In this document: positions 19,925 to 29,560 of the stretch, in pieces
Layout: every line of letters starts with the position of its first letter
Numbering within the stretch: the first letter of the stretch is position 1
Source of the DNA: an uncultured Gammaproteobacteria bacterium
GTDB taxonomy: Bacteria; Pseudomonadota; Gammaproteobacteria; CAZYIF01
NCBI GenBank assembly: GCA_964646995.1
Contig: CAZYIF010000007.1
Coordinates: forward strand, 908-64,907
Length of the DNA stretch: 64,000 nt
Direction: 5' to 3'
Notes under the pieces: generated by a model
Databases searched by the model: none
Told to the model about the DNA's origin: nothing
Seen by the model: the letters and a program-made list of their open reading frames with translations, nothing else
Program-made: the position numbers and the translations under genes

Positions 19925-20863
19925 TTAGTAGTAGATATCATGCATGTTTTTGCGGAAATATGATTTAAACACACGGATAACGATAAATATGCAGGGCAAA
20001 GTAATCACTGACGCTATGATCATAACCAAAAGCGCATTGTCATTTGATGATGCCTGGATATAACTTATGTTGCCAGGAAATACCATCGGGAACGCCAAAA
20101 ACTCGAGCACGCCCACATGAGCTAGAGCAAGCAACCTTAGCGCCACACCATAAATCCATTCTTTAACATAAAAGCTAATGCACATAGCTGAAAATAATGC
20201 AGCAACAGCATAAATGTAAATCGGCTTGTAAATATATTTTATCGCATCATTTGTTAAAGACTGACAAGATAAAATAAACAACATGAAAAATATTAAGAAC
20301 GTAAGAAAAATTATTTTCTCAACTCGACGATCTATTTTTTCAGATAAAAATGGCACCCCCAATTGCAGATCAAACAAAACAAAAGTCACAATACCGAGAA
20401 AACAAGGAAGCATTCTTTGCATGACAATACTACCAAATGAATTAAAAATAAAATGCGTAAGATCACAAATAATATACCCTTGCAAAATAATAACCATCAA
20501 TGAAAAAAATGAAAGGGCAAACAGCCATCGGCCACCTTTATCCTTGATGGCGTATTCAATCGCGGCACCTCGACAAATAAGCAAAATCACTAGAAACCAT
20601 GTCGGCAGGTAAAGGCGCTGCATAATCAGCACAAAACCCAAAGAAAATCCGCCGTAGAGGCCAGCTAAGGTAAACACTAACCACGTTTGATTAATATCCC
20701 AAACCGGCAGCAAAAGCGATAAAGCTTTGCTTTGTGTTTCCTTGTTTAACCATGGCAATACAATGCTCATACCCAAAGCACTGCCGTCTTCAATTAAGTA
20801 CAAATAAAAAGTGCTGGTTAAAATTAACAACCAAACAAAGGGATAATTACTCAGATATGTCAT
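19925..20863 (-). CDS. cydB: Cytochrome bd-type quinol oxidase subunit II (divergent CydB/CioB-like)
   Basis: Start placed at ATG 20863 (MTYLSNYPF) after an AAAAAAGGGGG RBS. CydB-like motifs DGSALGMS, PVWDINQTWL and RGAAIEYA. Multi-TM. Visibly AT-rich. Confidence 0.7.
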   Translation of the reverse strand: MTYLSNYPFVWLLILTSTFYLYLIEDGSALGMSIVLPWLNKETQSKALSLLLPVWDINQTWLVFTLAGLYGGFSLGFVLIMQRLYLPTWFLVILLICRGAAIEYAIKDKGGRWLFALSFFSLMVIILQGYIICDLTHFIFNSFGSIVMQRMLPCFLGIVTFVLFDLQLGVPFLSEKIDRRVEKIIFLTFLIFFMLFILSCQSLTNDAIKYIYKPIYIYAVAALFSAMCISFYVKEWIYGVALRLLALAHVGVLEFLAFPMVFPGNISYIQASSNDNALLVMIIASVITLPCIFIVIRVFKSYFRKNMHDIYY

Positions 20864-20882
20864 TCTGCCCCCTTTTTTGTCC

Positions 20883-22220
20883 TTATCCAGCAAAAGGCTG
20901 AATAGCCGGACCTTTAATCACCGTCTTAATAAAATAACGATTATAAAAATAACCAAATATAATGCCGTAAATAAAGATAATAAGTACAAATCCAATAATC
21001 ACTTTATAAAACGGCACATCAGAGACTGCACTTGCTGTTGTGATATAGTTGTAAACTACCTAAGGTTGCCGCCCCATCTCTGCGGTATACCACCCCATCA
21101 TCATCGCTAATAAACCGCTAGGGATTAAGACGAGGCCGGCGCGTAAAAAATATCTGTTAAACGACTTTTCTCTACATAATAGAATTAAACCGTAGTATGA
21201 AAACAACAACATTAAAATACCTAGGCCAACCATGATTCTAAACGCATAAAACACATTACCAACCGCAGGCTGCTTGTCCAGCGGAATGCTTTTTAAGCCT
21301 TGCATTTGCCCATTCCATTGATGTGTGTTAATCACACTGGCTAAATGCGGGATGCTCATTTCAAAGCGGTTACGTTGAGCCTTTTGATCAATATAAGCAA
21401 AGATCAATAAAGGCGCGCCACGACTATCATCCCATAAGCCTTCAATCGCAGCAGTTTTAATCGGTTGATATTGATAGACCACAAGACCCACCTCATCGCC
21501 GATGAAAACCTGCAAAGGCATCATGATGCATAATGCAACAATCATAAATTTTAAATTAAATTTTGCAAAATCAATAAATTTGTTTTTTAACAGATAGTAC
21601 GATGCCACACCGACTACCACCATGGCTGCGGCAATATAAGAAGCCAAAATCATGTGTGTGTAGCGCACCACTGTCGAAGGATTGAAAATGACACGGTACC
21701 AGCTTTCGACGATAAATTTGCCACTGACAAAGCGTACCCCATCTGGCGTTTGCATCCAAGAATTTGCGGCCATGATCCAAAAAGCGGAGATCATCACGGC
21801 AAGCCACACCATCACAGTAGAGAAAAAATGAAAGTAACGATGAACGCGTCCCCAACCAAACAACATAAACCCAAGAAAGGTCGCTTCAACGAAAAATGCC
21901 GTCAGCGCTTCTAAAGTAAATAATACACCGAGCACTGGCCCCACATACTGCGAAAAGCCACCCCAATTGGTACCCAGCTGAAATTCCATCGCAAGGCCAG
22001 AGATAATGCCCATACCAAAAGTCAACGCGAGAATTTTCGTCCAAAACCGGCAGCTTTGATATAAGATGGGATCGCGGCTGTTAAGCCACATCCCCTCTAC
22101 TATCAGGATAAATGTCGCCAACCCGATACTTAACGCTGGAAAAATGATATGGAAAGTAATCGTGATGCCGAATTGGATTCGAGATAACAGCAATGCATTC
22201 ATCATCTGTTTAACACCCAT
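20883..22220 (-). pseudogene. cydA: Cytochrome bd-type quinol oxidase subunit I (short-Q-loop CydA/CioA-like) interrupted by an in-frame TAG at 21062-21060
   Basis: LSRIQFGITITFHIIF, EATFLGFMLFGWGRV, SWMQTPDG and KTAAIEGLW motifs. The ORF stops at ...TAEMGRQP-TAG. The same frame stays open for 58 more codons (VVYNYITTASAVSDVPFYKVIIGFVLIIFIYGIIFGYFYNRYFIKTVIKGPAIQPFAG) to TAA at 20885-20883, about 20 bp before the cydB ATG. Confidence 0.8.
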
Positions 22221-22329
22221 TAGTCATGCTTTTTGACGCTATGATGCATTAGGCCACAAATTTATCGATATTGATAATGAATGATTAATTTGATATACAT
22301 AAAATTTATTTATGTGTAAAGCGGCCCAT

Positions 22330-23238
22330 ATGACAAAAATCGACATGCCACTCGTGAGCGAACAAAAATTATGGGTATTCTCAGAAGTCGTCAAATGTGG
22401 CTCTGTCACTACGGCCGCCAAAAATCTTTGTATGTCCCAACCTGCCGTGTCGACGATCATGCGTCAACTTGAACAGCATTTTGCGGTCAAACTCTTTAAT
22501 ACTGTGAATAAGAAGATTCAGCTTACACCGGCAGCAAGAATGCTTTATCAGCAGTGGACCGAGATGAAAATTGCTATTCATAATCTACACCATGAAATGC
22601 AACAATTTGCTAACGGATTGGCGGGGCACATTCGTATTGCCATGGTATCGAGCGGAAAATATTTTGTCCCTCGCATCATGTGCAGTTATTTAAAAAAATA
22701 TCCCAACATCACGTTTGATTGCGATATTCTACATCGAGAAGCTATTATACCCAGCCTGGAAAAAGGTTTGTATGATATCGGTATTCTCACGGATCCAGCG
22801 CACCATACTCAATTCTCTAAATTTCACTTGGGCAGTAATAAGCTCATCTACATTGCCCACCCCAATCATCCCATGGCCAAAAAGAAAAAAATCTTTCTCA
22901 AAGAACTTGCCGACGAGCCGTTTATTATCAGGGAACACTCTGCTTTAATGACACAAATGCTACTCAAAGATTTTCAAGACAAAGCACTCGACATCAAAAT
23001 ACTGCTTGAAATAGATAGCACAGAGGCGATAAAACAGACGGTGATTGCTGGATTAGCCATCGCTTTAGTCCCGCAGATAAGTGTCTCAATCGAAATCGAT
23101 CACAACATCCTGAAAAAAATACCTGTCGTAGATAGCTGTTTAGAGAACCAATGGTATATCATTTTCCCCAAAAGTTTAGAGAAATTAAAATTAATGCATG
23201 CATTTGTTAATTATACCCGTGGCGTAACTATTGAGTAA
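22330..23238 (+). CDS. LysR-family transcriptional regulator, divergent from the cydAB-like operon
   Basis: HTH segment GSVTTAAKNLCMSQPAVSTIMRQLE followed by a LysR substrate-binding domain. 110-bp divergent intergenic region with cydA. Confidence 0.85.
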   Translation: MTKIDMPLVSEQKLWVFSEVVKCGSVTTAAKNLCMSQPAVSTIMRQLEQHFAVKLFNTVNKKIQLTPAARMLYQQWTEMKIAIHNLHHEMQQFANGLAGHIRIAMVSSGKYFVPRIMCSYLKKYPNITFDCDILHREAIIPSLEKGLYDIGILTDPAHHTQFSKFHLGSNKLIYIAHPNHPMAKKKKIFLKELADEPFIIREHSALMTQMLLKDFQDKALDIKILLEIDSTEAIKQTVIAGLAIALVPQISVSIEIDHNILKKIPVVDSCLENQWYIIFPKSLEKLKLMHAFVNYTRGVTIE

Positions 23239-23305
23239 CTTGCTGCTCAGGTTTCCCCGTCATCCTAAGTAACAAGGTGTCATCCCTGCTCCGCAACGCG
23301 GGGTC

Positions 23306-23347
23306 CGCGTCATCCCTCGCGTTGCTCGGGACGACGGCGTTTTTTTA
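23306..23347 (+). terminator. Candidate terminator formed by a family B-like GC-rich palindrome, followed by T7
   Basis: CGTCATCCC-(11 nt)-GGGACGACG stem with one A-C mismatch, then GCGTTTTTTT. It lies between convergent lysR and the 23345-24271 gene. Confidence 0.45.
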
Positions 23348-24271
23348 TTTGCACGCGGTTTCAGGATCACAACCCCGTAGCATCTGTTGTAACGCTTCCT
23401 CAATTGTCGGCGCATGAAAGTTAAAACCTAATTGTTGTAAACGCGATGGTTTGACGTGTTGGCCACTCAATAATAATTGCTCTCCCATTTCGCCAAAGAG
23501 CACCCGAATCAACCGACTCGGCATAGGGAAGAAACAAGGTCGATGCAGTGCTTTCGCTAAAGCTTCTGCAAACTGGCGTTGTGTAATCACTTGCGGCGCA
23601 ACGAGACAGACCGGCCCTGTGATCTGCTTTTCGATGATAAACTGTATTGCACGTACCGTATCATGCAAGCTAATCCAGGGGAAAATCTGTTTACCCGAGC
23701 CAATCTTGCCCCCCAGTCCCATTTTAAATGTCGGCAATAATTGTTTGAGCGCGCCACCTTGCGTTCCTAACACCACGCCAAAGCGCAACCAAGTCACCTC
23801 GCAACCTGCCTTGACAGCCGGTGAAGTGGCTTGTTCCCAAGCGGTAGCCACTTTTGCAAGAAAATCCGCGGAAGAAGCCAAATTAACGACTGAATTATCA
23901 TCGAAAGTCGGTAGCAAACCATCCGATCCCGCTTGATGCAAGCCATAAATACCAATGGCACTGGCATTGAGTAAGCGCGGCTTAGGATGTTTGGCAATTG
24001 CGCAAAGCTCAGCTAATTTAAGCGTCGTGCCGATGCGACTACTCAAAATCATTTCTTTTCGCTTATCACTCCAGCGTTTCTCACCTACACTGGCGCCAGC
24101 TAAGTTGATAATCACATCGTATCCATCGACGCTATCAAAATACTGCCAATTTAATGAGCCTTCAGCGCAAGGAAGATTACGCCCCAATACAGTGACTTGA
24201 GCATTCTTCTTTAATAATGCGGCCAGCGCACTCCCAATAAATCCGCTTCCCCCGGCAATCAGTATTTTCAT
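23345..24271 (-). CDS. TIGR01777/YfcH-like NAD-dependent epimerase-family protein
   Basis: 308 aa. N-terminal MKILIAGGSGFIGSAL Rossmann motif. Length and C-terminal extension are typical of the YfcH/SDR39U1 group. Confidence 0.7.
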   Translation of the reverse strand: MKILIAGGSGFIGSALAALLKKNAQVTVLGRNLPCAEGSLNWQYFDSVDGYDVIINLAGASVGEKRWSDKRKEMILSSRIGTTLKLAELCAIAKHPKPRLLNASAIGIYGLHQAGSDGLLPTFDDNSVVNLASSADFLAKVATAWEQATSPAVKAGCEVTWLRFGVVLGTQGGALKQLLPTFKMGLGGKIGSGKQIFPWISLHDTVRAIQFIIEKQITGPVCLVAPQVITQRQFAEALAKALHRPCFFPMPSRLIRVLFGEMGEQLLLSGQHVKPSRLQQLGFNFHAPTIEEALQQMLRGCDPETACK

Positions 24272-24996
24272 GACGGCCTCAAAGTTTTTAAATGCGACAA
24301 ACCACCATCAACCACAAAAGTTTGACCGCTGATCCACGTATTTTTAGGATCAATCAAGAATGCAATCATATTGGCAATATCAGCAGCTTGGCCTGCCCGT
24401 CCCAGCGGATGTAGTTTTAAAGAAGTCTCTAACGCTTTGGGACTATTCATAATAAAACGACTCAGCGGAGTATCGACTAAACCTGGAGCGACACAGTTAA
24501 AACGAAGATTATTGGCAGCATAGGTAGCAGCCGCCGCCAGCATTAAACCATTAACACCTGCTTTTGCAGCGGCAATGGCTTCATGATTCGGCAAACCGAT
24601 AAGGCTCGCTGCGGTTGAGACAAACACTACACTACCTCCGGTTTTCAACATGTGTTTGGCCGCAGCTCGCGCAATATAAAAACAGCTATTTAAATTAATA
24701 TTGAGTGTCTCCATCCAATCCTTATCCGTCAGCAAATGTGCTGGCTTTAGCAAGATTGAACCTATGCAATTGACAACAGCATGCAGCTGGCCTCTATGCA
24801 CGATGGCTTGACTCAATGCCGCATCAAAACTTTCCGGATGATTAAGATCAATTTCCCACGCAACACCGTCCTCAAAAGACTCGATATTTCTAGCGGCAAA
24901 ACTTAATGTAAATGTCGCACTAAGCTGCTGACTCAGCGCTTGTGCAATGGCGCTATTACCACCAAAAATTAAAACATGCGGCTTATCATTTTCCAT
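24268..24996 (-). CDS. Short-chain dehydrogenase/reductase-fold protein lacking the canonical catalytic Tyr
   Basis: Start at ATG 24996 (MENDKPHVLIFGG) after GGAG. Has an SDR fold (VVFVSTAAS..., NCVAPGLVDTPL). The YxxxK position reads IAAAK. 4-nt overlap with the downstream gene. Confidence 0.75.
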   Translation of the reverse strand: MENDKPHVLIFGGNSAIAQALSQQLSATFTLSFAARNIESFEDGVAWEIDLNHPESFDAALSQAIVHRGQLHAVVNCIGSILLKPAHLLTDKDWMETLNINLNSCFYIARAAAKHMLKTGGSVVFVSTAASLIGLPNHEAIAAAKAGVNGLMLAAAATYAANNLRFNCVAPGLVDTPLSRFIMNSPKALETSLKLHPLGRAGQAADIANMIAFLIDPKNTWISGQTFVVDGGLSHLKTLRPS

Positions 24997-25101
24997 CGTT
25001 ATACTCCAGACTTTTAATGCCCACAATTCACACACCCATAGCAAATGCTATCCAGGTCCGACACGCAAATGAGCAGATTATCCCCTACAACACCTGTAAC
25101 G

Positions 25102-25378
25102 CTACAAAATTTTCAGTAAAGTGATAATAAATTTAGTGTATTCGTTAACGACAGACTCACAATGCAGATTCTCACGATGCGCATCGATTATCTTTAGACA
25201 AACGCTAAGACCAATGCCACTCCCCTCGGCGCGACCCCTGCAAAACGGTTTAAAAATTTTCTCCATCATACTTGGCTCTATACCAGATCCAGTATCTTGA
25301 AAGATAACCGTATTATTGTCGTTGTTTGCCTGCAAAGATATGAACATTTCCCCTTTATTCGCTTCGGCAATAAAATAT
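25102..25378 (-). pseudogene. C-terminal remnant of a sensor histidine kinase (HATPase_c G1/G2 boxes only)
   Basis: ...YFIAEANKGEMFISLQANNDNNTVIFQDTGSGIEPSMMEKIFKPFCRGRAEGSGIGLSVCLKII... The frame runs straight into the IS630 terminal repeat at ~25376. No H-box or DHp segment occurs on the other side of the IS. Confidence 0.75.
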
Positions 25379-26390
25379 ACCTATTACACTTCAAGATGCG
25401 AACAAAGGCGAATGCAAAACTTGGAAGTTATCAGTGATCCTCTTGCGTAAAATACACTTTTCCCTTCCAATGCTTTTAAAAAAACCTAGTGTGGCGTCAG
25501 CAAATTCAGAAAACTTGCCATAATACTGATTATACCGAACAGATTCATGCATTAATTTCCATACCCGTTCGATAGGGTTTAAGTTCGGTGAATACGGTGG
25601 TAAATAATGCAATTTTATCCCAAGTTCCTGCGCAAACTCACTTACTTCGGAATTTTTGTGGTATTTTGCATTACCCAGATCAAATGAATTTTAAATTTTC
25701 CTGGATTAACCCGTCGTAATTTCCAAAGAAAATCACAGAGGGTGTTCGCATTAACTTTATCTGCTTGATGATAAGTAAAACGATGCCCATTCAAACAAAT
25801 TCCACCGATAAAGTTTAATCGCTTTCGATACGCTGTTGTTGCAATCTCTTTGCGTACACCCTTTAAAATTCAGCCATATGCTAACTGAGTTTGATGTTGC
25901 GGGTGAACGCTATCGACAAAGTAAATAGGCTCATTTTTCCCGGCATCTTTCTTGAGTCGATTATAGTATTGTATGAATTCTCTTTGCTTTACTTTGTCTG
26001 CTTTTGCGGGAACAGCATGTGGCTTTTGTAACAAAATTCATGTGAATGCAACTATTTAATCATTCCGCTGATACTACATTTCTTACCAAACATATCCCAA
26101 ACATGCTGGCAAATGTCCTTGACATAAAGATAGGTTATCTCCTGCAGGTGTTCTATCAACTCTCGCGTTTCTTTATCTGTCAACTTGCCATCACAACCGC
26201 CATTTTGAGACGCTAATTTTTATGCGCATCAAAAAACCAATGCTACGTTACATGAGAATCATAAGCTGAGCAAACGTATTATCAACCACTGAAGTAGGCA
26301 GAAAAACTGGACCAGTTTTATGACGGGTGCGGATTGTCAGTTATATTGCCTTTCAAGGTATAAGCTTGCAAGAAGCTCGCACGGTATATA
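25376..26390 (-). mobile_element. Degraded IS630/Tc1-mariner-family insertion sequence (frameshifted transposase)
   Basis: The intact C-terminal piece 25391-25612 carries LPPYSPNLNPIERVWK (DDE region). Upstream minus-strand frames give IS630-like HTH and catalytic segments (KLTDKETRELIEHLQ..., FVDSVHPQHQTQ...-like) broken by stops and frameshifts. Imperfect terminal inverted repeats are TATACCTATTACACTTCAAGATGCG (left) and TATATACCGTGCGAGCTTCTTGCAAGC (right, rc), with TA-rich flanks. Confidence 0.8.
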
Positions 26391-26432
26391 TCCTTTTACA
26401 CTTTGAAACTTAAAAATAACAAGGAGGTTGCT

Positions 26433-29231
26433 ATGCCATTTCCCTACGCGCTTGTGGTTGTTCGCAATGACGATATGGTTGCTCAAGCCAGAAGACTTCA
26501 TCCTAGAACCACATATAAGGGGTTCTTAACCGAGTTATCCGTGGTTATCAATTGGGTCGCAAACTTTGGTGCTGCCGCTGAAAGAGATAAGGTGATTCGT
26601 CAATTGCACGCTGTTGTTTTTTTACCTGCCGAAGGAATGTCTACGGACACAGATGTCTTGCAGGAACAGATAGAAGATAAAATACTGGAATTGCGTGTTG
26701 CGGCGAGTCAAAAAGGCGAGATAGAAGACAAATTAGCTGTTGAAGCTACGTTACTTGTCCATGCACTGTTTGATGCAGTACTCGAACCTGCGTGCAAAAA
26801 CAAACATGAACTGTTAGCGCAAGTGTCGACGAAGAGATGGGAATTGCTAGGCTCATTAGATATCCATTTACCGGAAAGGCAGTCCGCTCCTCCGTTGGCG
26901 CAACAGCTAGTGGGTGTGGTTGATCTGTATTTGCGAGCCTGTAGGGATGAACTCAGTGCGGAGCAGGGTAATTTTACCCCATTGCATTGGCTGCGTGCGC
27001 TGCGAGTGGATATGCAAAATATTAATGCTGATACTGAACTTAAATCCATATACGCGAGCTTGTTAGAGCGGACATTGGCTTTGTATAAACAATACCGAGC
27101 TACTTGGCCTAAATTTAAGCAGGTGGCAGATGCGTTACGTGAGTGTTTACTCCTGTTGCGTACCGAGTTAGGTGTCGAGAATGCATCGGAACAAGAAAAA
27201 CCTGTGTTCTCTACGGCATGGCGCGTAGCGTTGGTAAAATCCGTTGCTGAACTCAATATCAAGGTTAATCCGTATGCTGATCAAATAGCTCGATTACCGA
27301 TTTGGGGAACGCCATTTTGGGAATTCGAAAGGCGTTATAGTGATGAATTAAACCAACATAATAAGACTGGTGTGATACGCCGTGTATGTGAGAATGCGGC
27401 GGCTCAACTGGTTCAAAGGGACTGGTTAAATGCACCGAATTGGATAGCAGCGATCGAAAATGAGCGCTTATTGTTGTCGCATTTCCTGCAAGCGTTGGAG
27501 GGTCATAAGTGTTATTTGTTACCTGCAGTCGGTGAGCCGATAATACCGGCGCAGCCAGGAATTTACCTTTATCGTACAGGGGAACTACGTAACATTGGTG
27601 TTGTGGTAGTACACAGCGATAACACAGGGCATGAAATATTTAATTTATCGCAGTTAGTACAACAGGCTGTCGACTCTGGCGCTGTTGAGCCATTAGCTGC
27701 AAACCTGCTAGATCTAATAGACTGGAGCATGGGGTATCGGTGGCAATTGATGTCTGCTGTACCGAAAACTATACCTAAAGAGCGCGGATTTTATCTATAT
27801 AAGGATGGGCAGCGTGAAATGGTGTTGGTGGTGTATGGGTCTAACCTGCACGAAAGAATAGACCTCACAGGAAAATTCGAGCTTTCAGATGTGCAATGGC
27901 GCAGATCAACCGGTAAGACGTCGAGTGCTGCTATCATGGGTACGTCGACTAGAGCATTGATTACAGCTCAGGCTAATCCGCAGCATTTGACACTCAGCAG
28001 TAGTGGCGATGCAATGGCTAAGCCTATTGCTATTGAGTTAGTACCGCCTCTTACGGCTGTGATTAGCAATGCATGTCAGTCAATTACCCCAGCTGCTAAT
28101 ACTAAGGCAAAGACATACTTCTTTGAGGTGATGTTGCCGTCGATCTTGTATGCAATCATGCAAAACAAGGCCAAACTTTCTCAGGATGATGGGCTTGTGG
28201 TTAGTGAAGAACTAGCTAAGGATTGTGCCAAGGCATTGAGTCGTTTGCCTACGTTAGAAGCGGTGCGGATACACTACGAAGCTAGCATTGATTTATACCT
28301 TGCTCAAGCACGTTTTCTTGCCAGCGATGGAGAAAAAAATGCGCTGAATCAACAATATATAGCGGCAGCAACCGCTGAATACAGTGAGCGGTTAGCTGTG
28401 GTTTTACCCGTATCTGCTTCCTATGGTCAAGAAACTTTTGAGTTCCGTAAGAATCAGGCTACCATTCGGTTTGGAAAAACGTGCGGCCGCATGGCAGCAG
28501 ATATTGGAAAAGCGCGCAGCGACATAGTAACAGATACTAGAATAAATTCACCGAATGCGTTAGTGGAAGCGATAGCTAAGATTACAGAACAGCAGTTAGC
28601 AGATTTTTGCCTAGTAATGAACTCGATTATTCAGCAAACTGTGATATGGGACGAGCCGTTGTCGAAAGCTGCTAATATTTACCAGCCGATGAAGCTTGAG
28701 GCTGCGACGACACTATCGACTTTAGTTAGGAAACCTATTTTTTTGGATGACCCAGTTGGTCTGTATGTGGAGTTGGATACACATCACATGTGGGTTGAGT
28801 CGTGGCTAAAGCAGGCAGAGTTATTGCGTACTAAGTTGGCTGATATGTTTTTGCTGCATGCCGCCAATTCTGGCAATACCAATCGACAAAAGCAGCATTC
28901 CAAAAGGGCCAGCTTAACTAACTTACTTTCTGCCGCGAAGAGGGCATCATTATCATCATCATTATCGTTTTTCACGCCTCTTGCGGATGAAGAACAGCGC
29001 CCCAAGCAAGAGATATTGCAAGAGTATACTGCGCTGGAAGCTAAGGTGCTCAATCGATTTTGGATGAAAGCCAAGGAAACAAAGGGAATACCGGACATTA
29101 ATGAATACGAACGATACGCATCAGAAGTAATAGACGCAGCAACGCAGTGTTTGGCTTCTCATAGTAAAGCCGCGGATGCTGCGCAAGCCTACTCGGATAG
29201 TTCAACATCGAACGTTGCCTGTCGACATTAA
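26433..29231 (+). CDS. Large hypothetical protein (932 aa), no recognisable domain, with an internal duplicated ~35-aa module
   Basis: Start moved to ATG 26433 (MPFPYALVV), 7 nt after AAGGAGG. The long uninterrupted ORF has a helix-rich composition. Modules IPAQPGIYLYRTGELRNIGVVVVHSDNTGHEIFNL (nt 27543-27650) and IPKERGFYLYKDGQREMVLVVYGSNLHERIDL (nt 27771-27872) are paralogous. Confidence 0.75.
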   Translation: MPFPYALVVVRNDDMVAQARRLHPRTTYKGFLTELSVVINWVANFGAAAERDKVIRQLHAVVFLPAEGMSTDTDVLQEQIEDKILELRVAASQKGEIEDKLAVEATLLVHALFDAVLEPACKNKHELLAQVSTKRWELLGSLDIHLPERQSAPPLAQQLVGVVDLYLRACRDELSAEQGNFTPLHWLRALRVDMQNINADTELKSIYASLLERTLALYKQYRATWPKFKQVADALRECLLLLRTELGVENASEQEKPVFSTAWRVALVKSVAELNIKVNPYADQIARLPIWGTPFWEFERRYSDELNQHNKTGVIRRVCENAAAQLVQRDWLNAPNWIAAIENERLLLSHFLQALEGHKCYLLPAVGEPIIPAQPGIYLYRTGELRNIGVVVVHSDNTGHEIFNLSQLVQQAVDSGAVEPLAANLLDLIDWSMGYRWQLMSAVPKTIPKERGFYLYKDGQREMVLVVYGSNLHERIDLTGKFELSDVQWRRSTGKTSSAAIMGTSTRALITAQANPQHLTLSSSGDAMAKPIAIELVPPLTAVISNACQSITPAANTKAKTYFFEVMLPSILYAIMQNKAKLSQDDGLVVSEELAKDCAKALSRLPTLEAVRIHYEASIDLYLAQARFLASDGEKNALNQQYIAAATAEYSERLAVVLPVSASYGQETFEFRKNQATIRFGKTCGRMAADIGKARSDIVTDTRINSPNALVEAIAKITEQQLADFCLVMNSIIQQTVIWDEPLSKAANIYQPMKLEAATTLSTLVRKPIFLDDPVGLYVELDTHHMWVESWLKQAELLRTKLADMFLLHAANSGNTNRQKQHSKRASLTNLLSAAKRASLSSSLSFFTPLADEEQRPKQEILQEYTALEAKVLNRFWMKAKETKGIPDINEYERYASEVIDAATQCLASHSKAADAAQAYSDSSTSNVACRH

Positions 29232-29560
29232 CACAAAGTCTGGGTAAGCATCCCTTGAAATGGGTAGAGAGTCTGTAAACAAGCACATGCAAGTGACCAC
29301 GGTGTAAAGTGATGTGTCAACCTTTTCCGGGCTCGAAATTATGCCGCTTTTCGAGCCATCTCACTCACAAGCCGCACCCAAAAAAGGACTAAATTTTAAT
29401 GTATCGTTGAGTTAGGAATACCGTCGATAAAACAATCATCCATGTGTTCGCTGACATCGATAAAAATGGAATAAAAGGGAGAAATAACATAATTGTCGTC
29501 ACAACATCAAAAAAATTTAGTTTTCATTTTTATGTTCTTTCTTATTTCTGATTAACGTTA

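Noticed and set aside
20877-21110. 77-aa plus-strand ORF between cydB and cydA
   Set aside because: It is antisense to the preserved C-terminal continuation of cydA downstream of the in-frame TAG.
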